Shown: positions 11,614 to 22,994, counted from the first letter of the stretch. The stretch: 48,684 nt of DNA from Octopus bimaculoides (GCF_001194135.2 NC_068987.1:108226309-108274992); one strand, 5' to 3'. Translations and numbers: made by a program. The notes: generated from the sequence alone by a model not told the origin.

Positions 11614-13066
11614 CTAATTATAGTAGTGATAAATTGTAATCATTAAGTGCCTATTAATTACTACGAACATATTTTTAGTGAATATCATAAATTAATGATT
11701 AAATGATACTATGATTTTTATAAAATATATAATATAAATGTTTTAATTAATGTAATGTAAATATATTAATTTATAGTATTTTAGCTTCTTTGGTATATAT
11801 TATATAATTTATGTATTTTAATTTTAAGTTATTATACTCTAAAATTATTTAGATTTTAAAATTTCCAAGAAATGTTTATAATACAGTTAATTTTTTATTA
11901 TGATTAAAGCTAAAATACATTTTGATTTTATAAATAAAATTTACATACATGTTTATATATCTCTTTATTCTATTACTTTCTTTTACGCATTATTTTCACG
12001 CGACAATTAGTATAAGGTTTAAAATTTTAGTTTAAACTAAAGCTTCGATAAGATAAGTATTGCATTTATTTTCAGTAATATTGTTAAATGTTTTTTCTTT
12101 TATTTATTGGTAAAATAAATATTTTTATATAAATACGTTGATATTTATTGTTAGTCGATATATATATATNNNNNNNNNNNNNNNNNNNNNNNNNNNNNNN
12201 NNNNNNNNNNNNNNNNNNNNNNNNNNNNNNNNNNNNNNNNNNNNNNNNNNNNNNNNNNNNNNNNNNNNNNNNNNNNNNNNNNNNNNNNNNNNNNNNNNNN
12301 NNNNNNNNNNNNNNNNNNNNNNNNNNNNNNNNNNNNNNNNNNNNNNNNNNNNNNNNNNNNNNNNNNNNNNNNNNNNNNNNNNNNNNNNNNNNNNNNNNNN
12401 NNNNNNNNNNNNNNNNNNNNNNNNNNNNNNNNNNNNNNNNNNNNNNNNNNNNNNNNNNNNNNNNNNNNNNNNNNNNNNNNNNNNNNNNNNNNNNNNNNNN
12501 NNNNNNNNNNNNNNNNNNNNNNNNNNNNNNNNNNNNNNNNNNNNNNNNNNNNNNNNNNNNNNNNNNNNNNNNNNNNNNNNNNNNNNNNNNNNNNNNNNNN
12601 NNNNNNNNNNNNNNNNNNNNNNNNNNNNNNNNNNNNNNNNNNNNNNNNNNNNNNNNNNNNNNNNNNNNNNNNNNNNNNNNNNNNNNNNNNNNNNNNNNNN
12701 NNNNNNNNNNNNNNNNNNNNNNNNNNNNNNNNNNNNNNNNNNNNNNNNNNNNNNNNNNNNNNNNNNNNNNNNNNNNNNNNNNNNNNNNNNNNNNNNNNNN
12801 NNNNNNNNNNNNNNNNNNNNNNNNNNNNNNNNNNNNNNNNNNNNNNNNNNNNNNNNNNNNNNNNNNNNNNNNNNNNNNNNNNNNNNNNNNNNNNNNNNNN
12901 NNNNNNNNNNNNNNNNNNNNNNNNNNNNNNNNNNNNNNNNNNNNNNNNNNNNNNNNNNNNNNNNNNNNNNNNNNNNNNNNNNNNNNNNNNNNNNNNNNNN
13001 NNNNNNNNNNNNNNNNNNNNNNNNNNNNNNNNNNNNNNNNNNNNNNNNNNNNNNNNNNNNNNNNNN

Positions 13067-13099
<33 letters not shown>

Positions 13100-13371
13100 G
13101 TGCGTATTTGTATCTGAGACTGTATGTGGATGTATGTGTGTGTGTTTGTAAATACATGTACTTTGTTAATGTTGCAAAATTATCACAAAACTTTTACTCA
13201 GTCTTGCACATTCCCATTCAACGAACACTTGCGATTATAACTTCAGTACAAGAGATCACTCTCCTTTTGGTACTCGACTAGTATTTTTTCCAACTCGTTT
13301 TGCACTTCGTGGCACACCTGTTTTTAGGCGTGTTTGTTTACGTATGTATGTATGTATATGAATATAACCAC

Positions 13372-13424
<53 letters not shown>

Positions 13425-13895
13425 TATATGCATGTGTATATGTATATACACACAGTATATATTTCTATACATAAGTATANNNNNNNNNNNNNNNNNNNNN
13501 NNNNNNNNNNNNNNNNNNNNNNNNNNNNNNNNNNNNNNNNNNNNNNNNNNNNNNNNNNNNNNNNNNNNNNNNNNNNNNNNNNNNNNNNNNNNNNNNNNNN
13601 NNNNNNNNNNNNNNNNNNNNNNNNNNNNNNNNNNNNNNNNNNNNNNNNNNNNNNNNNNNNNNNNTATATATATATATACATATATATAAACACATATATA
13701 TACCGATAGATAGATAGGTACATTAATACATATGCGTATTCTCATGTATATATGCATGCACGCATTTATACATGCGTATATGAATGTATACATCTGTAAA
13801 ATATGACAGAGGAGTACTCGCGAGCGTGTCTGTGTGTGTGTCTGTCTGTCTGTGTGTTTGTCTGTGTTTGTGTGGGTGTATCTGTCTTTGCGTAC

Positions 13896-13930
13896 GTATG
13901 GATGCATATACTTATAAATTTACTATTTTG
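13896..13930 (+). promoter_or_regulatory. Representative upstream promoter module of the ncRNA family
   Basis: GTATGGATGCATATACTTATAAATTTACTATTTTG. Variants occur at a fixed distance upstream of nearly all copies, usually preceded by a (TG)n tract. Confidence 0.6.
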
Positions 13931-13943
13931 TGACAAGAAAATC

Positions 13944-14045
13944 GGTGGCCACTCTTTGCCAAGGTGGAAGAGACGTGAGCGTTTTTATTAGAGAGTTTAG
14001 TTCGCTGAAGCGAAGGTTCGTATTCCTTGAAAGAGAGTGGTCATC
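13944..14045 (+). ncRNA. Panhandle ncRNA family copy I
   Basis: TATAAA 13913-13918. GGTGGCCACTCTTTGCCAAGG pairs with CCTTGAAAGAGAGTGGTCATC (19/21, 3 G-U). A-box TTGCCAAGGTGG, GGTTCGTATTCC, TTTTGTTTT from 14050. Confidence 0.75.
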
Positions 14046-14469
14046 TGCATTTTGTTTTACCTATAAATAGATATGAAGTTAAAGATTATAATCCATGCAT
14101 TTTCGTCCACAATCACCCAAAAAAGTCAATTATATCTACTTTTTTTTAGATCTATTTGTTTTTAAATAATTGGTAATTTAAAATACGCCAGCAAAATTTA
14201 GGATCTGTTACTTCAGAAATGAACGCAATTTTCTGAGAAATATTTTAAATTTGCGTTTAAAATACAGCGTCATACAGAGAATATAAACATCAATGTCACC
14301 TAGAAGGTTATATAGACGCTACATAGTCGTTTTTAATATTACTGCTTCGCACACTATGCTCAATGATTTGGCCTATTTATAATATTGAAAGTAAATAAGG
14401 ATTATGAGAAAACATTAAAACTCTAAGTACAATAGGGAATCGATTTTCTCAGAGTTCTCACTTTAGCTT

Positions 14470-15240
14470 TAGTAATACAAGTGCGGTGGTGAAATCCTTC
14501 ACCGTCTTCCATTCATATATCAATGCATACCTCTCCGGTCTTTGCACCAAGTAATACAGTCGTAGCTCTCTCAGTCTCTCCTAGTAGCCCAGTCTTTCCA
14601 TTGATGCAAACTTTCTCATGTAACATAATTGATCTACCTCACGTTCTGCTGTTAATTTGTCACTGTAGGGTGTGAACAGTTGAGAGCAGTAGCCCAAGCA
14701 AGTGAGGAAAAATATCCTCCACAGAGCCTGTATAGTGTCAGGGTTCTTTGTTTTAAATGTCCTCAGAATCCACCCGAGTATTCTCTTGCACACTGCCACA
14801 ATCTTGGTGATATGCATGTGGAACGAGGCGGTTTTGCTAATATCAATCCTAATTTTATGCACTGTATATGAGACTGCGATTGCCACTTCTTTTAACCTAA
14901 ATTATCGCTGTTGCGGGTTCTGAGCACTAACTAGCTTCGATTTTGCCTACATGAAATTGCCCGTTGATTTCCTGAGCATATTTATACGTAGTATCTAGGT
15001 ATTTCAAGGGAAGATTAGCATCAGAAGATTCATTGACAGCTTGTAGAACTTATGCGTTGTCGGCATAGCTAGTAAGTGCGGCTGTCTGGACTAGGATAGT
15101 ATTTGTATGACATCTTAAATGTCAAGAGCCAGGAATGACAGCTAATGGATCCCTCTCCAAATAAACACAAAAAGAGATTGGTGTGCCTCGGGAAACCGTA
15201 CTGGGACCGCTGTTGTTCATGGTTCGTCTTTCAGACATCC
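14470..15240 (-). mobile_element. LINE reverse-transcriptase C-terminal fragment with an inverted segment (15105-15240)
   Basis: Minus: ALTSYADN (15056-15067, degenerate YADD), ILGWILRTFKTKN..LGYCSQLFTPY..ERLRELRLY..PERYALIY. Plus strand 15135-15240: TANGSLSK*TQKEIGVPRETVLGPLLF. Confidence 0.8.
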
Positions 15241-15774
15241 ATTATGGTTAGGATATATTATGCCATCCTTCATGTTTTTTTTTCTTTCGCCCTATTTATA
15301 TGAAAATATGAAATCAAGGTTTGTACTTGATGCATTTTCACCAAATGTCAAATAATGTCGAACAATTCTACATTTGTATTATTTGTCTCAAAATAATTAA
15401 TAACTTCTTTGTATTCTGTATAATAGTTCCATAGTGTTTTATTTTGTATCACAGTTATATAGCCGTTTCTAATAATGCAGCTGATGACACTATTTTGAAA
15501 GAAAATCGCAAATAGTTGATCCTTAACGCCTGTTCTTGTACTACACATGTAAATGCTTCTGTCTTTATCTTCAGGTTACACTTCCTCATCCATAGCCACT
15601 GGGATTATATATCCCCCTTGGCGTTCGCATCTCTTGCAAACTGGCCGTACATTTTTTCAACTTACCTGATCTTTTTTATTTATGGATGTTCTTTTCCCCT
15701 GTAAGTATTTCTTTAAATATTTGTCAATTTTTAAGCCGCCCCACTATTTCACATGCTTCAATAAAGGTTCCACG

Positions 15775-15776
<2 letters not shown>

Positions 15777-15829
<53 letters not shown>

Positions 15830-15851
15830 CATTGTTGTTGTTGTTGTTGTT
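15777..15851. repeat. (ATT)n/(GTT)n microsatellite
   Basis: Directly visible. Confidence 0.95.
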
Positions 15852-15951
15852 AGAGAATTGTTGAGCTGTAGCCAACTGATAAATCTTAATCACCTGGTTA
15901 ATCAATCACACAGACACTGACAGCACCTACACACACAGCACACAGACATAC

Positions 15952-15985
<34 letters not shown>

Positions 15986-16419
15986 CATATATACATATGT
16001 AGATTAGCTGAGTTAGAGATTAAAATTATTGTCTGAGAGATAAAATTACCCATTATTCTTCCGGTATATTACCTACGTTTAACCATGGGTATTCATAGGC
16101 AAGCATATTATGCCTATAAAGTATAGGCAAAAATAAAACAAGGATAAACATGAGTTTATCAGGAATCAAATTTTAAAGGAAAGAGAAAATGGAGAAGAAT
16201 TGTTGAAAATCAATTGACTTACATCAATTTTATTATTTATTAATACTGACACACAGACAGACAGACACACATACACACACATATAAGTACATAACTTATA
16301 TTGAATGTATATAATTTAATCATTTGCCTTTACGGCTTATAATTCGCTTACCACTCTTGATGTTATTTTCATAATACTATCCCTTCTAATATCTATTTAA
16401 AATTAGTTTCTCGCACGTC

Positions 16420-16497
16420 ATATGGCGTAGTGGTTAGTAATTTCCGACTTCGATTCCAGGCAATGGCCTGTATAATAATAATAATAATAATAATAAT

Positions 16498-16531
<34 letters not shown>

Positions 16532-16675
16532 TCGAAAAATACCTTAGGAATGAGACCACACGTTCGAAATTTCCCAAAGACACCTGATGAAGGCTGGAGG
16601 GTATATCAACCGAAACGTTGTGTTAACAACAAACAAGATGAGGACAAATATCCGTCAAATGTAAATAATGTTAAT
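16420..16675 (+). mobile_element. SINE-like element: truncated tRNA-like head, (AAT)n, Penelope-like 3' tail
   Basis: TGGCGTAGTGGTTAG..TTCGATTCCAGG, (AAT)n 16472-16529, then CCTGATGAAGGCTGG..CCGAAACGTTGTGTT and an AATGTAAATAATGT end. Confidence 0.65.
16579..16624 (+). ncRNA. Minimal type I hammerhead ribozyme motif (degenerate)
   Basis: Stem I GACAC/GTGTT, core CTGATGA 16584-16590, extra A, stem II GGCTGG/TCAACC (one mismatch), GAAA 16612-16615, palindromic ACGT stem III, GTT site. Confidence 0.55.
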
Positions 16676-17010
16676 TTCCCGTATTTCGTTTGTTTAAATA
16701 GTGTCTGGTGACTTACTCAAGTACACTGGGCGCTGCATTGTCCTGAATCGAACCCATAACATAGCGATCATGTGTGCAATAACTCATCCGCTCCTCCACG
16801 TGTCCTCACATATAAACAAATAAACACATGCACTCTCTCTCACACAGAGATAGACACACACATGTATAAATATTAATGCATAATGTGTTAACACACACGT
16901 ACACACACACATATATAGTTGAGATCAATAATTCATGCACGTAATGCAGTGTGTGCGTATAGGTATGGATGCATGTATGTATAAGTATTCTATTTTGGTG
17001 ATCGCTAGCA

Positions 17011-17053
17011 GGTAACTACTGTTTGCGAAAATGGACGAGAGAAGAGCCTTAGT
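17011..17053 (+). pseudogene. 3'-deleted copy J of the panhandle ncRNA family
   Basis: Upstream module GGTATGGATGCATGTATGTATAAG..CTATTTT and 5' arm GGTAACTACTGTTTGCGAAAATGG..GAAGAGCC are present, then the sequence joins directly to downstream flank. No B-box or 3' arm. Confidence 0.6.
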
Positions 17054-17236
17054 ATATGCGATATCTTTCAAAATAATATTATAAAGCGTAATATTACAAA
17101 TGACTTTGCAACTGTGATCCAAAAAATAAATTGAATGGACAATGTAACTATTATATAAAATACTAAGAATAATTTACTTGTTAAGAGAAATCCAATGCAA
17201 GTAGAACCCTCTGAGAGTTTAAATTGCTTACAATAT

Positions 17237-18412
17237 TGATGCGACCACCGAAAAACAAATTAATGTTATATCCCTATCTCCCGAGCTGGGTTTGAAACCG
17301 TATTCTGGTTGTTGAGGACAAGGGTATTCCTTTGTCCTGTCAACAAGCACAGCTATTTTTAGCGTAAGTGTGATCGATGACTCTTTCCGATCACCGAAAG
17401 TTCAGAAAAACAAGCTAAGGAATTGTACTGAACTGACCCAGCTTTGGAGGGAGTAAGGTAGCACTATCGAGCTACGGTATGTGTGATAAATACGACAGCG
17501 AGATTTGGGGGACGGAGGAATTGGCGCGAGCGGTCGGCCAGAGCAGTTGGCATCAAGCAGTTGGCGAAGCAGTTGCCGAGAGAGTTGGAGAGAGTTGGCG
17601 AGAGCAGTTGGCATCGAGGAGTTCGCGCGAGCGGTTGGCCTCGAGGAGTTGGTGGACGGCAGTTGGATGAAGAACGAGAGCCAGTGAAGATGAACAGTGA
17701 TAAGTCTGACAGAGAGAGGCCGAGAGAGAGAGAGAGAGAGAGCCTATGGTCAGCAGGTACGAGTCAGCAGAAATGCATAGAGTCTCAGAGAGAGAGGGAC
17801 AGAGAGAGGGAACTGTGCGGCAGGCAACAGATTATAGTAGTCAGTTGGTTAGTTCTTGTGATTATAGTGGGAGCTTTGAAAGAAAGGAAATTCTTGCGGT
17901 GAAGGTTTGTTTAAATATTCTTTAAAATGTACTTTGTCGTTACATGTTTTAAAAGAAGGAAAGAACTTCGTTAACTTTCGTTAACTGTGATGTTAACTGA
18001 AAAGAAAAGAAAAGAACTTTGATGTGACATGTTGTTCAAGGAAAAGAAAAACAACGAAGTGAAATAACTTTTAATTGACTTGATTACGAACTCTTGATTG
18101 TAAACTTTGATTATGTAATGATTGTAAACTTTTGATCATGTTGCATGCGCTATTGTTATATGTTAATGAATTATTGTTACGCAATGCTCTGTTTTGTATT
18201 GATGATATATTGTTTTGCTAAGAAGAAAAAGTTAGTTTCACTACGCAACGCATGGTCTCCGTGTCATTTCTTCCTCTTTTTGCCTGTTGTCTTCGTTACG
18301 TGCTCCGGCTGGGCTTAGTTGTGGCGAACATCCCGACTCACTGAGCGTCGACGTTCGCGCGCGCGAGAGTTTTCTCTTCGTTGAGGTGCTTCGCGTGCGG
18401 GTGTTCGTAACA
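17237..18412. mobile_element. Solo LTR (Ty3/Gypsy-like), 1176 bp
   Basis: Termini TGATGCG...CGTAACA, 4-bp TSD ATAT at 17233-17236 and 18413-18416. It interrupts a spacer that is contiguous in paralogous units. Confidence 0.7.
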
Positions 18413-18841
18413 ATATTAATTGATTTAATCTTCGGTCATTAGCCTTTGATTATGATTCATAATATAAATTTGGCTAAATTTTTCAGAATATTTTGGGAAA
18501 CCACAATTTTACAAATGACTGTAACGTCTTTACATCCTTTGACATGGCACTAGTATTTAGCTTTTCTGTATGAGGTTGTATATTAAAACTTAATTTAAAA
18601 TATTGTTCATAAAATCTGTTAAACGATTATTAAATCACTTAGTATCATAGACAATCGATATTCTCAGAGCGTTCTACCTGCATTCAATTTGTCATAACAA
18701 CTAAATTATTCTTTGTATTTTGTATAATAGTTACATTCTCCTTTAACTTTTTTTTTCTATGATGGTTGTATAGCTATTTGTAATATTGCGGTTTGGAATA
18801 TTATTTTGAAAGATTTCGCCCGTACTAAAAAAAAAAAATCT

Positions 18842-18943
18842 GGTAACCATTACTGCAACAGGAATACGAACCTGCATCTCCGAGTATTAAACTTTGGAAC
18901 TACAAGACACTTATCTTTTCCATCTTGGAAAACAATAGTTACC
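18842..18943 (-). ncRNA. Panhandle ncRNA family copy K
   Basis: Paralogue of E. GGTAACTATTGTTTTCCAAGATGG...GGTTCGTATTCCTGTTGCAGTAATGGTTACC, T12 downstream (18827-18838), TTTAAATA upstream. Confidence 0.7.
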
Positions 18944-18995
18944 TGCCAGCGTTCGGTAAAATAGTATATTTAAACATATATGCATTCATACATAT

Positions 18996-19038
<43 letters not shown>

Positions 19039-19551
19039 CGCACACACACACACACACAGAGACTCACATACACACACATAGACACAAACTGCATTACGTA
19101 TATTACTCATGTACATGCATGTATGCATTATTGCATGTAAGCATACATGCGATCTCATTTGTATATATGTTTGTATGTATGTATGTATGTATGTATTCAT
19201 GTATATGTGTGCGTGTGTGTGAACGCTTCATGTATTGATGTGTAAGCATGTGTGCGTGTGAGATAGAGAGAGAAAGACAGAGTGTGTGTTTATGCGTTTA
19301 TGTGGGAGGACACGTAGAGGAGCGTATAAGCTATAGCACACATGATCGCTATGTTATGGGTTCGATTCCGGAGAAGACTGCGCCTCTTGAGTAAATCACC
19401 AAACACTAATTAGACAAACGAAATTCGTGAAATTATTTATAAATAAATATTAGAAGGGATGGTATTATTAAAATACCATCACGAGTGGCAAACGAATTAT
19501 CAGCCGTAAAGGCAAATGAATAAAATATATACATTCAATATACGGTATGTA

Positions 19552-19596
<45 letters not shown>

Positions 19597-20689
19597 CAAA
19601 GAATATATATACATGTATACACACATATATGTACATACTTACATCTACATGTGTATATATATGCATATCAGGGTACAGGACGTTAGAACAATAAACTACA
19701 GACAACGGNNNNNNNNNNNNNNNNNNNNNNNNNNNNNNNNNNNNNNNNNNNNNNNNNNNNNNNNNNNNNNNNNNNNNNNNNNNNNNNNNNNNNNNNNNNN
19801 NNNNNNNNNNNNNNNNNNNNNNNNNNNNNNNNNNNNNNNNNNNNNNNNNNNNNNNNNNNNNNNNNNNNNNNNNNNNNNNNNNNNNNNNNNNNNNNNNNNN
19901 NNNNNNNNNNNNNNNNNNNNNNNNNNNNNNNNNNNNNNNNNNNNNNNNNNNNNNNNNNNNNNNNNNNNNNNNNNNNNNNNNNNNNNNNNNNNNNNNNNNN
20001 NNNNNNNNNNNNNNNNNNNNNNNNNNNNNNNNNNNNNNNNNNNNNNNNNNNNNNNNNNNNNNNNNNNNNNNNNNNNNNNNNNNNNNNNNNNNNNNNNNNN
20101 NNNNNNNNNNNNNNNNNNNNNNNNNNNNNNNNNNNNNNNNNNNNNNNNNNNNNNNNNNNNNNNNNNNNNNNNNNNNNNNNNNNNNNNNNNNNNNNNNNNN
20201 NNNNNNNNNNNNNNNNNNNNNNNNNNNNNNNNNNNNNNNNNNNNNNNNNNNNNNNNNNNNNNNNNNNNNNNNNNNNNNNNNNNNNNNNNNNNNNNNNNNN
20301 NNNNNNNNNNNNNNNNNNNNNNNNNNNNNNNNNNNNNNNNNNNNNNNNNNNNNNNNNNNNNNNNNNNNNNNNNNNNNNNNNNNNNNNNNNNNNNNNNNNN
20401 NNNNNNNNNNNNNNNNNNNNNNNNNNNNNNNNNNNNNNNNNNNNNNNNNNNNNNNNNNNNNNNNNNNNNNNNNNNNNNNNNNNNNNNNNNNNTCAAAGGA
20501 TTTACTTGACCTAAATTTATTCAGAACAATTTCAATCACTACTATTTCAATCACAACGGGTTACTTTTAGGTCTCTTGACCATTTAAAATCCGCTGGTAA
20601 CGAACTGCTTCGAATTTGTACCCATTAAATTTTATATTTTTTCCTGAGCCCATTCATAAATGGCATCTATACCTTTTCTTAGAAGACAA

Positions 20690-21130
20690 GCATCAGACGG
20701 TTCTTTCACTGCTTGTAAGAAGACAGGCAACCACTCTCCCAGTATTCCGCTTATGCCGAGTCTCTGCAGTTTGTAGCATTGTCAAATGCCTTTGCAAGTT
20801 TGAGATATATCACATCAAAATCTAAGCAAATCATTATTTTCTTTCAACATTCAGTCATAGTCTTTCAAATGCTGCGTCAGGCAGCTTCATCCTGAGCAAA
20901 GCCATGCTTGTTGTCAGGTAGTAATCAGTTTTTCTTGACGATGCGTTCCATGATATGGGAGGTTAGAGTGACAGCTCTATAATTTTTAACATCTACTCTG
21001 CTATCTTTATGGATAAGAAATATTATACCTTCCTTTAAAGTTTTTGAGGAAATTTCCCAGATGCGAAGAATCTCTTGAAGGAATCTAAAGTGGTGCTGCT
21101 AGAGCTCCTTTGCATTTCTTTAGAACGAAA
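20690..21130 (-). mobile_element. LINE RT N-terminal fragment (pseudogene)
   Basis: Minus frames give KEGIIFLIHKDSRVDVKNYRAVTLTSHIMERIVK..LLPDNKHGF..DFDVIYLKLAKAFD..LGISGILGEWL, i.e. degenerate RT domains 0-3. Confidence 0.75.
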
Positions 21131-21810
21131 GCTAGAAATCCATCATACACATATTACTCATGTATACGTACATAAGAATGCATTAATGCATGTATTCAAA
21201 CATATGTACACATACAATTTGCCATAACAATTAAACTATCCTTCCTATTTTGGATAATATTTCCATATCTTTTTTATTATTATTTTCGTATCACAGTTAC
21301 ATAGCCATTTCTATTATTACAGCTCATAACAATTTTTTGAAAGATTTTTGAGAGATTTTTTTCCAATGAAATATAAAATCTGGTGGGTGATATGTAGTGC
21401 ATATTAATATATTTAATTCTTTATTGCGGACCACTACAGTGTGATAGACTGAGTTTCAGAATGACAGCAGGAACACCAGTATAAATTGTAAGCAAGAGAA
21501 GCAAATATTTTGTCATGCATCTGTATGACCTATGGTCGCTTTCTTTTCTACATATGGCTCACTGGAGCGGACTCTGGCCATCTCCCTAGCGACTGGGTGT
21601 TTGTGGTGAATATGAGCAAATCTAGCTGGAAGCCTAGTTAGTTTCGCTATCACGTCGTCTGCCGAAAGGGGGTGGCGGTTCGCTAGCTTGCTTGCAATAT
21701 ATGCAGGGTGCAGAATGCACCTATAACCAGCTGGCAGAATATCTGCCTTGGTTTTAAAACAGTAATATCATTGAACAGCCATATTGATTTGGCGATTCAT
21801 TTTACTTAAT

Positions 21811-21850
<40 letters not shown>

Positions 21851-21869
21851 AATATTATGGTATAAACCA

Positions 21870-22095
21870 TAGGTCTATCGGATGTTGTTATGCATTGCTG
21901 GTGACAATGCGCATCGCATTGTTTTAGCATTTAAATGATGCTACAACGCTGGCTATGCGAGCAGCCTCACGTTCTCCTGCTGAGGCGTATCCATCTACAG
22001 CTGATTGGACCGGAAAGTGTGAAATGGGTTGTTTTACTGAAGAACACAAGGCGCGCCTGATCGGAGCCATGATGTAGCGATCGCTCTCTGAATAT
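21870..22095 (-). mobile_element. Degenerate SINE (3' part similar to 8055-8215)
   Basis: rc of GTCCA.TCAGCTGTA.ATGG.TA and AACAATGC..AGCGCAT tail; absent from the paralogous unit upstream of copy D. Confidence 0.5.
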
Positions 22096-22470
22096 ATCGT
22101 ATAGTCAATCACATGAGTTCACACGCACAGACAAACGCAAACAACACGTACGAACAGAAACGCTCACATATAAAAACACTTTCACACACCCAATAACATA
22201 TATAGAAATACATAATACACATATATACACACACACATATAGACAGACAAACAGACAGACAGACTGATAGATAGATAGATAGGTAGATAGATAGATAGAT
22301 AGATAGATAGCAAGAAAGATATGCGTGTGCGTATGTATATATGCATGCAAGCATTTATAAATACATATATGAAGGTATACATGTGTAAAATGTGAGGTGT
22401 GTGTATGTGTGTCTGTGCACACGTATGGATGCATATACTTATAAATTTACTATTTTGCGACAAGAGAACC

Positions 22471-22572
22471 GTTGACCATTGTTTGTCAAGGTAGAAGAGC
22501 CGAGAGCGTTCTAATTAGTGAGTTTAATTCGTTGAAACGAAGGTTCGTATTCCTTGATAGAGAGCGGTCAAC
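22471..22572 (+). ncRNA. Panhandle ncRNA family copy L
   Basis: TATAAA 22440-22445. GTTGACCATTGTTTGTCAAGG pairs with CCTTGATAGAGAGCGGTCAAC (19/21). GGTTCGTATTCC, TTTTGTTTT from 22577. Confidence 0.75.
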
Positions 22573-22994
22573 TAAATTTTGTTTTACCTATAAATACATA
22601 AGAAGTCAAAATGTATAATACATTCATTTTCATCCACTATCATAAAAAATCAAATAGATCTACTTTTTAGAATTTATTTGATTTCACATAATTAATAATT
22701 TAAAATACGCCAGCAAAATTTAGAATCAAATATTTCAGAAATGAACGGTGTTTTCTGAGAAATATTTTAAATTTGCGTTTAATATACAGCTTCATACAGA
22801 AAAGATAAGCATTAATGCCAAGTCGAAGGATATATAAATGCTACATAGCCATTTGTAATAATATAGCGTCGCACACAATTCCGAATGGTTTCGGCTTTTT
22901 CATTTTATTGAAAGTAGATAAAGGATTATAAGCAAACATTAAAATTCTTACTATCATAGGCAATCGATTTTTTCAGAGAGTTGTCCCACAAACT

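Noticed and set aside
5882-13281. Long ORFs of 300-400 aa in the track (also 19553-20554, 27704-28297, 37124-37686, 42319-43048, 45188-45681)
   Set aside because: They consist of X from N gaps plus YI/CV/HT dipeptides from microsatellites and are not coding.
13944-14045. Panhandle copies as MITEs with terminal inverted repeats
   Set aside because: There are no TSDs, flanks are shared between copies, stem sequences differ by compensatory changes, and mismatches are G-U on one strand only.
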